Of a stretch of 64,000 nt of DNA, positions 1 through 8,974 are shown piece by piece (within the stretch, counting starts at the first letter, position 1; each line of letters opens with the position of its first letter). The position numbers and the translations under genes were made by a program. The stretch spans positions 1 to 64,000 of the forward strand of contig CBDBIB010000001.1 of NCBI GenBank assembly GCA_965205945.1, in the 5' to 3' direction. Origin of the DNA: Bdellovibrionales bacterium (GTDB lineage: Bacteria > Bdellovibrionota > Bdellovibrionia > Bdellovibrionales > UBA1609). The notes beneath the pieces were generated by a model. That model was not told where the DNA came from and ran no database searches. It was given only the letters and a program-made list of their open reading frames with translations.

Positions 1-1
1 C

Positions 2-58
2 AATGAAGCAGGTTTTTCTAAACGTATGGTTGATCTTGCAATGCATTGGCTAGGTTAA
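2..58 (+). CDS. gap: 3' end of glyceraldehyde-3-phosphate dehydrogenase (partial, window edge)
   Basis: Frame from nt 2 reads NEAGFSKRMVDLAMHWLG*, matching the GAPDH C-terminal (WYD)NExGySxRxvDL motif; directly upstream of pgk. Confidence 0.85.
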   Translation, partial: NEAGFSKRMVDLAMHWLG

Positions 59-63
59 AGTAT

Positions 64-1350
64 ATGTTAGCAAATGGTGTTTTTAGCTTAAAGGATCTTT
101 ATTTAAATGAGAAAAGAGTTTTTTTAAGAGCAGATTTTAACTGTCCTTTAAAAGATGGAGTAATTTTTGACGATACAAGAATCAGAGCAGCACTTCCTAC
201 AATAGAATATATATTAAAAGCTAATGGAAAGCTGATTATTGGAAGTCATTTAGGGCGCCCCGGTGGACAGATTAATAAGAAGTATAGTTTAAGGCCCATT
301 GCTGAGAGATTAGGAGATCTTACAGGCTATGATATTCTTTTAATGGATAGTGTAATGTCTGATGCTCCTAAAGTAATTTTAAAACAACTTAAAAAAAATC
401 AAATTATCTTACTTGAAAATTTAAGATTTGCTAAAGATGAAAAAGAGAAAACAGGAAAGCTCTCTCAACATATAGCCTCGTATACTGATGTGTATATAAA
501 TGATGCCTTTGGTCTTTGTCATAGAAAAGATACTAGCATATTTGATTTACCAAAACTTATCCCAAACAGAGGAATGGGTAAACTTATAGAGAAAGAAATT
601 AAGTTATTATCAGTAGTTCGTGACAATCCAGAAAGACCTTTTGGTGTTATTATGGGGGGAGCAAAAGTAAGTGATAAAATTCCAATGATTACAAAACTTA
701 TTGATAAAACAGATGTATTTGTCATTGGTGGTGCAATGGCTTTTACATTTTTAAAAGCTAAGCAAAGATCTGTGGGCAAGTCTTTAGTTGAAAAAGATTT
801 GGTTAAATATTGTAAAGATTTAATGATTCGTTTAAAAGGCAGAGGGAAAAAGATTTTTCTTCCAATTGATTTTATAGAAGCTGATTTTATTAAATCTAGA
901 AAAGGCAATCTTACTCAAACAATTAGTGATAGAATGATTGGATTTGATATTGGATTAAAGTCGGTGAATCTTTTTTCAAAAGAACTTTTAAAATGCAAAA
1001 CTATTTTATGGAATGGTCCAATGGGTGTATTTGAAAATCCTACGTTTGAAGGTGGAACTAAGAGTTTATGCCAAAACCTTTCAAATATGACTTCGTTAAA
1101 AGTTGTTGGTGGTGGTGATACTGCAGCGGCAGTTATAAAATTTAAAGGATTATTCGATCATGTTTCAACAGGAGGCGGTGCATCGCTTTCATTTTTACAA
1201 GGCGAAGAACTTCCTGGGGTTTCAGCTTTAAGACTGGATAGAAAAGAAATTCTTGCTAGAGCAATGGAGGCGCTTGATCCAGATGAAATGTATGATCCAA
1301 AGTGTGTTAAAAAACAAGAAGAAATTTTTACTAAGAAGTTTAAAGAGTAA
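64..1350 (+). CDS. pgk: Phosphoglycerate kinase
   Basis: RADFNCP, SHLGRP, LLENLRF, GGAKVSDK, WNGPMGVFE, HVSTGGGASL motifs; ATG at 64 preferred over TTG at 46. Confidence 0.97.
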   Translation: MLANGVFSLKDLYLNEKRVFLRADFNCPLKDGVIFDDTRIRAALPTIEYILKANGKLIIGSHLGRPGGQINKKYSLRPIAERLGDLTGYDILLMDSVMSDAPKVILKQLKKNQIILLENLRFAKDEKEKTGKLSQHIASYTDVYINDAFGLCHRKDTSIFDLPKLIPNRGMGKLIEKEIKLLSVVRDNPERPFGVIMGGAKVSDKIPMITKLIDKTDVFVIGGAMAFTFLKAKQRSVGKSLVEKDLVKYCKDLMIRLKGRGKKIFLPIDFIEADFIKSRKGNLTQTISDRMIGFDIGLKSVNLFSKELLKCKTILWNGPMGVFENPTFEGGTKSLCQNLSNMTSLKVVGGGDTAAAVIKFKGLFDHVSTGGGASLSFLQGEELPGVSALRLDRKEILARAMEALDPDEMYDPKCVKKQEEIFTKKFKE

Positions 1351-1405
1351 GGCCGTATAATAAAAGCCATAGTAAAATTATAAAAAATATTAAAAGGAGG
1401 TTTTA

Positions 1406-2128
1406 ATGTTAAAAGACAAACTGTGCTTTGGTAATTGGAAACTTAATAAAACTCCTAAAGAAGCAAGTGCTTATTTAAGTGAATTTTATAAAATAACTAC
1501 AAAAAAAACTCAAGGTCATTTTTGTATTTTCCCTACAAGTGTGTTAGCAGGAGTTTTTTCATCTGAAAAGATAAACTGGGGAGGTCAAAATTGTTATAGT
1601 GAAAATGAAGGTGCTTTTACTGGTGAGACCTCAGCTTCAACTTTAAAAGATATGAATGCTAGTTATTGTTTAATAGGGCATAGTGAGCGAAGAAGTGTTT
1701 TTGGTGAAAAGGATGAATTTTTAAATATAAAAGTAAAAAATGTTTTAAAAGAAGGGCTTATTCCTGTTTTTTGCGTAGGTGAGACTTTAAAGGATAGAGA
1801 GTTGAGTAAAACCTTTGAGGTTTTAAAAAAACAAATTGATTTAGGTCTTAAAGATATTGATTTAAAAAGCATTGTTCTAGCTTATGAACCTGTATGGGCA
1901 ATTGGTACTGGAAAAGCAGCAACTTTTAATATGGTAAAAGAAGTTCATGATTATTTAAGAAATGCATTAAGTGTAAAAGATGTTCCTCTTTTATATGGTG
2001 GAAGTGTAAAAGGCTCAAATGCTCAAGAACTTTATAGTATTGATAATGTAAATGGATTTTTAATTGGTGGAGCAAGCCTTCAGGTAAGATCATTTGTAGA
2101 AATTTTTAATAAAATGCAAGGGATTTAA
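1406..2128 (+). CDS. tpiA: Triosephosphate isomerase
   Basis: GNWKLN, IGHSERR, AYEPVWAIGTG, LYGGSV, GFLIGGASL; GGAGG RBS. Confidence 0.98.
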   Translation: MLKDKLCFGNWKLNKTPKEASAYLSEFYKITTKKTQGHFCIFPTSVLAGVFSSEKINWGGQNCYSENEGAFTGETSASTLKDMNASYCLIGHSERRSVFGEKDEFLNIKVKNVLKEGLIPVFCVGETLKDRELSKTFEVLKKQIDLGLKDIDLKSIVLAYEPVWAIGTGKAATFNMVKEVHDYLRNALSVKDVPLLYGGSVKGSNAQELYSIDNVNGFLIGGASLQVRSFVEIFNKMQGI

Positions 2129-3353
2129 ATGACTCGTATAATTAGTCTTAACGATATTCAAGCTGCTAGGAAAAGACTTGATGGTATAGTTTTAAAAACA
2201 ACATGTGAATTTTCAAAAAATGTTACAAAGTACATAGGTGTTAAGACGTATTTAAAATTTGAAAATCAACAACTTACAGGAAGCTTTAAGATTAGAGGAG
2301 CATATAATAAGATATCCTTATTGTCCTTAGAACAGAGAAAAAAAGGGGTGAGTGCATGTTCTGCAGGAAATCATGCACAAGGAGTAGCGTACTCAGCTAC
2401 AAAACTTGGAATTAAATCACATATTGTTATGCCCATGGGGGCGCCCTTAGCAAAAGTTGAAGCAACAAGAGCTTATGGAGCAACAGTCTATCAAAATGGT
2501 CAAGTTTTTGATGATGCTTATGATTATTGTATGATCTTAAATAAAAAAAAAAGGTTATGAATTTGTTCACCCATATTTAGACCCTGAAGTTATTGCTGGT
2601 CAAGGCACTATAAGTCTTGAACTATTAGAACAGGTAAAAGAACTAGACTCAGTTATAATTTCTGTTGGAGGAGGTGGCCTGATTAGTGGTGTAGGGTTAG
2701 CTTTAAAAATGCTAAATCCTAAGATAAGAGTGTATGGAGTAGTAGCAGAATCTGCTCCAGGAATGTATCATTTGTTTAAATCTAAAGGTAAAGACTTAGG
2801 TGCAATATCAAATCCAACTATTGCAGATGGTATAGCCATAAAAAAACCTTCATTATATATTTATGAAAATTATATTAGTAAATATGTTGATGATATGGTT
2901 GTGGTCTCTGAAGATGAAATAGCTGCAGCTATGGTGTTTTTACTTGAGCGAGCAAAAGCGGTTGTTGAAGGCGCAGGGGCAGCAGGACTTGCGGGAATTA
3001 AAAAAGCAGCTAAAAAATGGGATCTTGGTAGAAAAACAGTTGTTGTTTTATGTGGTGGAAATGTAGATTTAAATCTCCTTTCTGCTGTAATAGAAAAAGG
3101 GTTTTCACAAGTGGGAAGAATAACAAGAATTAAAGTTGTTACAAAAGACTTACCTGGAAATCTTCATAAATTAACAAAGGTTTTAGCAGATCTTGATGCT
3201 AATATAATTGATGTAACTCATGATAGAGTAAGTGCTGGATTAGCTTTAAGGGAAACATTAATTGAATTCTTATTAGATACAAAGAATGTAAAACATATTC
3301 AGAAAATTAAGGATAAATTCCAAACACTTGGTGTAAGGGTTTTAGAGGATTAA
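2129..3353 (+). pseudogene. ilvA: Threonine/serine ammonia-lyase with C-terminal ACT domain, split by a frameshift in an A10 tract (2543-2552)
   Basis: KFENQQLTGSFKIRGA and SAGNHAQGVA in ORF 2129-2560; removing one A restores NKKKGYEFVHPYLDPEVIAGQGT, continuing into ORF 2709-3353. Confidence 0.88.
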
Positions 3354-3355
3354 AT

Positions 3356-4459
3356 ATGGATTTAAAAATTTCTAAAGATATTCTAGACTTGGCTCCTTAT
3401 AAACCTGGAGAGTCTGGGAAGAATGTGAAAACTCAGTATAATAGAGATTTTTTTATAAAACTTGCAAGTAATGAAAGTCCCTTTCCACCATCTGAAAAAG
3501 TTAAGGATGCTATTTTAAAAGCAATGGATAAAACTTTTTTATATCCAGATCCATCCAGTAAAGATTTAAGAAAAGAGGCTTCAAAATATTTTAAAACTTC
3601 TTTGCAAAATATATTGGTTGGTAATGGTTCTAATGAACTTATTGATCTTTTAATTAGGCTTGTTTGTGAGCCCGGTGAGTCTGTAATGACCTCAGCAGGT
3701 GCTTTTATTGCATATAAGATTTGTGCCAAAGCAAGTAGAGCTAAAGTTATTGAGATTCCTTTAAGAACTGATTACACAATTGATTTATATGCTTTTTCAA
3801 AAATATTAGAGAATTTAGATGTGCTGCCTAAAATTGTATTTATTCCAAATCCAAATAATCCAACAGGATCTTATGTTACTAAAAATGAGGTTGATGAGTT
3901 TTTATTTAAATGGGGTGGAAGACAAGATTTACTAATAGTTTTTGATGAAGCTTATACAGAATTTGTAGATGTTAAAGATTTCCCTAAAACTCTAGATCTT
4001 TTAAAATTTAAAAATGTTTTAGTTTTAAAGACAATGAGTAAAGTTTTTGGCTTAGCAAGTTTAAGAATAGGTCTTTTATTAGGAAATCCTGAGATACTAG
4101 GGTTGATTCATAGAATTAGAAATCCTTTTAATGTGAACTCTTTTGCTCAAACAGCAGCTACAGCAGCACTTCAAGATCAAGAAAATTTAGATAAGATAAA
4201 AAATCTTATAATACATGGAAGAAATGATTTTTCTAAATTCTTAGATAAATTAGGGCTTATATACGTTCCTTCACAAGCTAATTTTATTTTTTTTGAAACG
4301 GGTAAAGGTGCGTTAAAAGTTTATAATGCTTTGTTAAAGCAGGGAGTTATTGTCCGATCTCTTATTGATTATGGTTTTAAAACTCAGCTAAGAATAACAA
4401 TTGGTGATAAAAAACAGATGGAGTTTGCAAAAAAAGGATTTAAGAAAGTTTTTGATTAG
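3356..4459 (+). CDS. hisC: Histidinol-phosphate aminotransferase family PLP enzyme
   Basis: KLASNE, GNGSNELI, NPNNPTG, DEAY, TMSKVFGLASLRIG, LRITIG. Confidence 0.92.
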   Translation: MDLKISKDILDLAPYKPGESGKNVKTQYNRDFFIKLASNESPFPPSEKVKDAILKAMDKTFLYPDPSSKDLRKEASKYFKTSLQNILVGNGSNELIDLLIRLVCEPGESVMTSAGAFIAYKICAKASRAKVIEIPLRTDYTIDLYAFSKILENLDVLPKIVFIPNPNNPTGSYVTKNEVDEFLFKWGGRQDLLIVFDEAYTEFVDVKDFPKTLDLLKFKNVLVLKTMSKVFGLASLRIGLLLGNPEILGLIHRIRNPFNVNSFAQTAATAALQDQENLDKIKNLIIHGRNDFSKFLDKLGLIYVPSQANFIFFETGKGALKVYNALLKQGVIVRSLIDYGFKTQLRITIGDKKQMEFAKKGFKKVFD

Positions 4460-4629
4460 GAAAGAACTTAGAACTCGGATTTGATTATACATTTTTTAAA
4501 AGTAGGTAATTAATTTTTAACTTTTTGTTAGTTGAAAATTATTCTTTTTTTTCTAAATTTTTTTTTTTACCCTTTAGTTAATATTTTATTAAGTGTATTA
4601 AGAATTGTATTTTTGCCTTATACATATTT

Positions 4630-5832
4630 TTAAAATTGAGAAGTTTCTTTTAGAGCTGGCACGGGCCTAATCTTTGATAAGTATAATATTGGGATAAAGC
4701 TACTTAAAAGTGCAACAAAAATACAGAAAAAAAGAACCCATCCTGCTGTGAACAAATTAAATTCAGTAGGAAGGTGTTGATCCTGGTAAATAGATGGAAG
4801 TATTTTTAGTGGAAAAATATCTAAGAAAATTGCTACAAAAATTCCTAAAAATCCTCCTATAAAAACTCCACAAAGTGAAATTCCTGCTCCAATCCCCCCA
4901 AAGAGTAGTCTAATTTTAAATTTAGAAAACCCCATGGACAAAAGAATGCCTATATCTTTTTGTTTTTGAACGACGATAAGAATAAGAAGTGTCATTATTG
5001 AAAAACTTGTAATAAGAAGAGCTAAACCTAGTAAAAAAGTCATCGTAAATTTTTCTAATTTAAGTGCTAAAAAAAGTGCTGAATTTCTTTCTTTCCAAGT
5101 TTCAACTTCATACCCTTTTTGTGATAGTTGTTCTTTATAGCTTTTAACATTTTGAGGGTTTTTAATATAAATTTCATATCCTGAGAAAAGACTTAAAGTC
5201 TTTTCTTTAAAAAGATTTTGATAATTATATATTAAAACTCTGCCTTCCTTATCTCCACTTTCAGAATTTAAAATACCTAAAATTCTAACTTCTTTTAAAT
5301 CCTTAAAATCTAAATCTAACTGGTTTTTAATTATGGTCTCTGGTTTATATAACTGAATATTGTCTCCTACTACAATTTTGAGTTCAAAAGCTAAATCTGA
5401 ACCTATAAAAATACCTTCTCCATTTAAAAAATCTTCAAAATCATAAATTAAAGGTCTTTTATCAAAACTATAAAATGATTTTTTTTCTTTTAAGGATTTT
5501 TCTTTAAGACCGATGGCTTCAGCACCATTAAAATAACCCTCTGATGTTTTGATAAGAACATCTTGAGTTTGAAAAGCATTAAATTTAGTTATTCCTTTTA
5601 TTGTTTTGATTTTTTTTTTAAAATCCTTATTTATATTTTTTACTACAAGGTGGGGCTCGTAATTTAATAGTCTTTCTTCTGTTGATTTATTTAGACCAGA
5701 CATTATAGAAAGCACTACAATTAAAGAAAATGTGCCTAAAATTATTCCAAATAAACTAATCCATGCCATTTTTTTTATATGAGAGTTGGCTTGTTCAGAG
5801 AAGAGATATGCTTTTAAAAAATTAAAAATCAT
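4630..5832 (-). CDS. Lipoprotein-releasing ABC transporter permease (LolC/E, FtsX family)
   Basis: N-terminal TM (LIVVLSIMSG), periplasmic domain, WKERNSALFLALKLEK, KQKDIGILLSMG, C-terminal TMs. Confidence 0.88.
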   Translation of the reverse strand: MIFNFLKAYLFSEQANSHIKKMAWISLFGIILGTFSLIVVLSIMSGLNKSTEERLLNYEPHLVVKNINKDFKKKIKTIKGITKFNAFQTQDVLIKTSEGYFNGAEAIGLKEKSLKEKKSFYSFDKRPLIYDFEDFLNGEGIFIGSDLAFELKIVVGDNIQLYKPETIIKNQLDLDFKDLKEVRILGILNSESGDKEGRVLIYNYQNLFKEKTLSLFSGYEIYIKNPQNVKSYKEQLSQKGYEVETWKERNSALFLALKLEKFTMTFLLGLALLITSFSIMTLLILIVVQKQKDIGILLSMGFSKFKIRLLFGGIGAGISLCGVFIGGFLGIFVAIFLDIFPLKILPSIYQDQHLPTEFNLFTAGWVLFFCIFVALLSSFIPILYLSKIRPVPALKETSQF

Positions 5833-5837
5833 TTAAA

Positions 5838-6218
5838 TCAAAGTGCTACAATAACTTCCACTTCAACATCTACACCTTTTGGAAGTTCACTAACAGCTAC
5901 ACAAGATCTTGCAGGCTTTCCCTCACTAAAATACTGTGTGTAAATTTCATTAAATTCTTCAAATTTAGACATATCTGTTAAAAAAACCATAGTTTTAACT
6001 ACATTTAAAAGGCTTAAATTAGAATCTTGAATAAACGCCTTTATATTGGAAAGAACTAGTTTAGCTTGTTCTGACACACTTCCTTTTAGAATTTCACCAT
6101 TTGCTGGATTTATAGGAATCATTCCTGAACAATACATCATCCCATTAATTTGAACAGCTTGTGAATATGGACCTACTGGTTTAGGTGCTTTATTGCTATA
6201 AATAATTTTTTTATCCAT
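5838..6218 (-). CDS. ridA: RidA/YjgF enamine-imine deaminase
   Basis: APKPVGPYSQAV, PARSCVAV, LPKGVDVEVE. Confidence 0.95.
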   Translation of the reverse strand: MDKKIIYSNKAPKPVGPYSQAVQINGMMYCSGMIPINPANGEILKGSVSEQAKLVLSNIKAFIQDSNLSLLNVVKTMVFLTDMSKFEEFNEIYTQYFSEGKPARSCVAVSELPKGVDVEVEVIVAL

Positions 6219-6365
6219 GAATTCTTTCCTTATTTTTGATTTAAATTTAATTCGTTTATTCTAGCTTTATAATTAACTACATCAAGTAGCTTTATGTTAA
6301 TTTTGCTAAAAATTATAACATAACTTGTATAAATTTAAGACAATTTATCGTGAATATTAAAATAA

Positions 6366-6725
6366 TTCATGCTTATCCGGTTGTTGCACATATAGGATTA
6401 GGTTTAGCCAATGAACATGCAGTGAGTGCACCATCAAATAACTTTGAGACATCATGGCGGCGGTTAAATCCATAGGTGTATTCTGCTAAGGAAAGGTCTA
6501 AATATTTACTTCTAACACCATGGTGAGTCCCTAATATCCAAGATTTTGCATTTGATATAAATTTATGAAACCATGGTTGCCAGCTGTCTAATATTTTTTG
6601 ATCCCCATGGGTATATTTAAACTCAACTTTCACATTTTCAAGGTTACCCAGATAGACTCTCGCCCCATGAGACTGAATAGTTGATTCTTTTTTTATCTCT
6701 TGTGCAACAACCGGATAAGCATGAA
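6366..6725 (-). mobile_element. IS1595-family internally deleted mini-element with perfect 25-bp terminal inverted repeats
   Basis: TTCATGCTTATCCGGTTGTTGCACA (6366-6390) and its exact reverse complement (6701-6725) enclose a transposase C-terminal fragment. Confidence 0.85.
6373..6699 (-). pseudogene. IS1595-family transposase, C-terminal fragment only
   Basis: EIKKESTIQSHG...HKFISNAKSWILGTHHGVRSKYLDLSLAEYTYGFNRRH; N-terminal half missing. Confidence 0.85.
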
Positions 6726-6771
6726 CCCCCGATTTTTGGATAGTTGGGACCTGAAGGGAAATTTAATTCAG

Positions 6772-7857
6772 TTAAACCACATTCTTCATAACAACTACTT
6801 TTTCACTTGGCAAACAATTTAAATACACCACATTCTCTCGCTCCCAATTCCTAATTCCTCTGCTACTCCAGCGCTCTGGCTTTAACCTTCTTGCTGCTTC
6901 ATAAACTTCCTTACGCTTTTCTAATATCTCTTTATCTTTTCCTAAATGGCGCTCTGATGGCGTCACAAACTTTATTCCACTGTGACGATGCTCTTCATTG
7001 TACCAATTAACAAAATTATCAACCCAGTCTCTTGCATCACCTATGCTTTTAAAAAACTCTGGATAATCCGGCACATACTTTAACGTCTTAAATAAACTTT
7101 CTGAATAGGCATTGTCATTACTTACACTCGGCCTACTAAATGAACTTGAAACTCCCAACCAATCAAGTGTTGCTAGCATCGTTGCTCCCTTCATTGAGCC
7201 GCCATTATCTGAATGTAATACTAGCTCATCTCTTTTTATTTTTTCTCTCTCACAAATCTCTTTAATTAACTCTGATGATAAATCCATACTTTCTCTAACG
7301 TGTACTTTATAACCTACAATCTTTCTACTAAACACATCCATAAACATATATAAATAATAAAACCGACCCCGCACCGAAGTTTTTAAATAAGTAATATCCC
7401 AAGAATAAACTTGATTCACTTCCGTTGCAGTCATTCCTTTTGGCTTTTGTTTAGTTTTTGGTTTTGTTCTTCCTCTATGAACTAAAAGTTTATTCTCTTT
7501 TAAAACTTTATAAAAACTTGATTCACTTGCTAAATAAACTCCATCATCTGCAAGTTTTGAAACTATCACATGAGGAGAGTCATCAACATACTTTTTTAAA
7601 GTACAGGTGTTAATGATCTCATCTTTTTCTTTATCACTTAATTTATTTTTTGGAGGCGATAAGGGTCCTTTTCTTTTATCAGTTAAAGAAAGTTTCCAGC
7701 GGTTGAAAGTTTTAATATCAATTTCTAAATCGCTGCAGGCAAGTTTAAGTCTACAGCCATTTTTAGAAGAGGTGTTAATTAATTCAAGACAAACTTCTTT
7801 GTCATCAGGACTTAATCTTCGTCCTCTTTGACCCCCCAGATCTCGTGGCTTTTTTTT
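6772..7857 (-). CDS. IS3-family transposase OrfB (DDE integrase core), reached by -1 frameshift from OrfA
   Basis: WDITY, DVFSRKIVG, HSDNG, SRPSVSNDNAYSESLFKTLKY, YNEEHRHSGI; frame open back to the A8G slippery run (7849-7857). Confidence 0.92.
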   Translation of the reverse strand, partial: KKKPRDLGGQRGRRLSPDDKEVCLELINTSSKNGCRLKLACSDLEIDIKTFNRWKLSLTDKRKGPLSPPKNKLSDKEKDEIINTCTLKKYVDDSPHVIVSKLADDGVYLASESSFYKVLKENKLLVHRGRTKPKTKQKPKGMTATEVNQVYSWDITYLKTSVRGRFYYLYMFMDVFSRKIVGYKVHVRESMDLSSELIKEICEREKIKRDELVLHSDNGGSMKGATMLATLDWLGVSSSFSRPSVSNDNAYSESLFKTLKYVPDYPEFFKSIGDARDWVDNFVNWYNEEHRHSGIKFVTPSERHLGKDKEILEKRKEVYEAARRLKPERWSSRGIRNWERENVVYLNCLPSEKVVVMKNVV

Positions 7858-8312
7858 AACAAGATGATTCTAGCAGACTGTTCAGCTAGAGCTTTTTCAG
7901 CTCGATTTAAAGATCTTTCTAAGTTTATTTTATCTTTCCTTAAAGTTTTAATTTCAGGATCAAGTGAAGGTCTTCCAACAGGATTTTGTCCAAGTAATTC
8001 TTTTTCAAAATTAATAAGGTCTGAAGAGTTAAGTCCATTTTCTCTAAGAAATTTTCCAAGTTCGTTTTCATTTAAAGATTGAGTTTTTTTAATAAAGTTA
8101 AGTTTGTCTTCAAGAGAGAGTTTTTTATTGCTGTTGCTGTGGGTCATAGAATTTAAATTAGCATATTTTTTCTTCCATCCATAGAGGGTTAAAGAGGCAA
8201 TGTTAAGTTTACTAGCGGTGTAAGTGAGTCCTTTTTTGTCAGCGAGTAATTTTTTCACAGCGTTGAGTTTAAAGTTTTCATTATAAGTTTTATTGAGGTT
8301 ATTGTTTTTCAT
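7812..8312 (-). CDS. IS3-family transposase OrfA (HTH)
   Basis: YNENFKLNAVK...TLYGWKKK HTH; coiled coil EKALAE; ends LLKKSHEIWG. Confidence 0.9.
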   Translation of the reverse strand: MKNNNLNKTYNENFKLNAVKKLLADKKGLTYTASKLNIASLTLYGWKKKYANLNSMTHSNSNKKLSLEDKLNFIKKTQSLNENELGKFLRENGLNSSDLINFEKELLGQNPVGRPSLDPEIKTLRKDKINLERSLNRAEKALAEQSARIILLKKSHEIWGVKEDED

Positions 8313-8428
8313 ATGTTTTCCTTTTTAAGCCCCTGATATTGTTTAAATAAAGTGGATTTCAAAAGTTAAACTGAATTTTAAATAATTAATTTTTCTCTCA
8401 GGTCCCAACTATCCAAAAATCGGGGGTA

Positions 8429-8575
8429 ACTGACATTGCGAAGAAACATTTGAATATCGAAACGCTGGAGACCAGAAACAGCGATGGCCTTGATTTCCAC
8501 GATGTGGCCGTCTGGTGCTTAAAAGACGCACTACAAGCCGCCTACGAGGCAGGATTGCTAAATCAAGCATACTAA
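8429..8575 (+). pseudogene. 5'-truncated small protein (DUF6900-like)
   Basis: Reads TDIAKKHLNIETLETRNSDGLDFHDVAVWCLKDALQAAYEAG...*; begins at the IS end with no start codon. Confidence 0.7.
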
Positions 8576-8579
8576 GAGC

Positions 8580-8640
8580 TTGCATCAATGGTCAATATAA
8601 TTTACAATAAGTAGTGTATTTGGATATATTATTAACCATT
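8580..8640 (+). promoter_or_regulatory. sigma70 promoter with overlapping inverted-repeat operator upstream of hipBA
   Basis: TTGCAT(8580)-17 nt-TACAAT(8603); IR AATGGTCAAT (8587-8596) / ATTAACCATT (8631-8640). Confidence 0.6.
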
Positions 8641-8653
8641 GGAGCTAACTGGC

Positions 8654-8974
8654 ATGGCAAGAAAAAAAGTAACAATATCACCAGCTCTCGAGAGTATCTT
8701 GAAGGCTGTCGGTGAAAATATCAAGCTCGCTCGTTTGCGCAGAAAGATTACAACAACAATGTTAGCAGAGCGAGCGGATATTAGTCGCGTAACATTGCGC
8801 AAGGTCGAAAATGGTGAAAGCAGTGTCACTATGAGTACATATGCAAACGTGCTGTTTTGTCTTGGGCTTGAAAAAGATTTACTACACCTTGCTGGTGATG
8901 ATCCCTTAGGGCGACGCTTACAAGACGCAGAATTAACGCACACAAAAGAACGTGTGGCAAAAAGGAATAAGTAA
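8654..8974 (+). CDS. XRE-family HTH antitoxin (HipB-like)
   Basis: GENIKLARLRRKIT...LAERADISRVTLRKVENG; GGAG RBS at 8641; TAATG overlap with hipA. Confidence 0.9.
   Translation: MARKKVTISPALESILKAVGENIKLARLRRKITTTMLAERADISRVTLRKVENGESSVTMSTYANVLFCLGLEKDLLHLAGDDPLGRRLQDAELTHTKERVAKRNK

Larger units (their letters stand above)
6726..8426 (-). mobile_element. IS3-family insertion sequence, copy 1 (1701 bp, both ends intact)
   Basis: 29-bp terminal IRs CCCCCGATTTTTGGATAGTTGGGACCTGA / TCAGGTCCCAACTATCCAAAAATCGGGGG; orfA (HTH) plus orfB (rve integrase). Confidence 0.93.
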
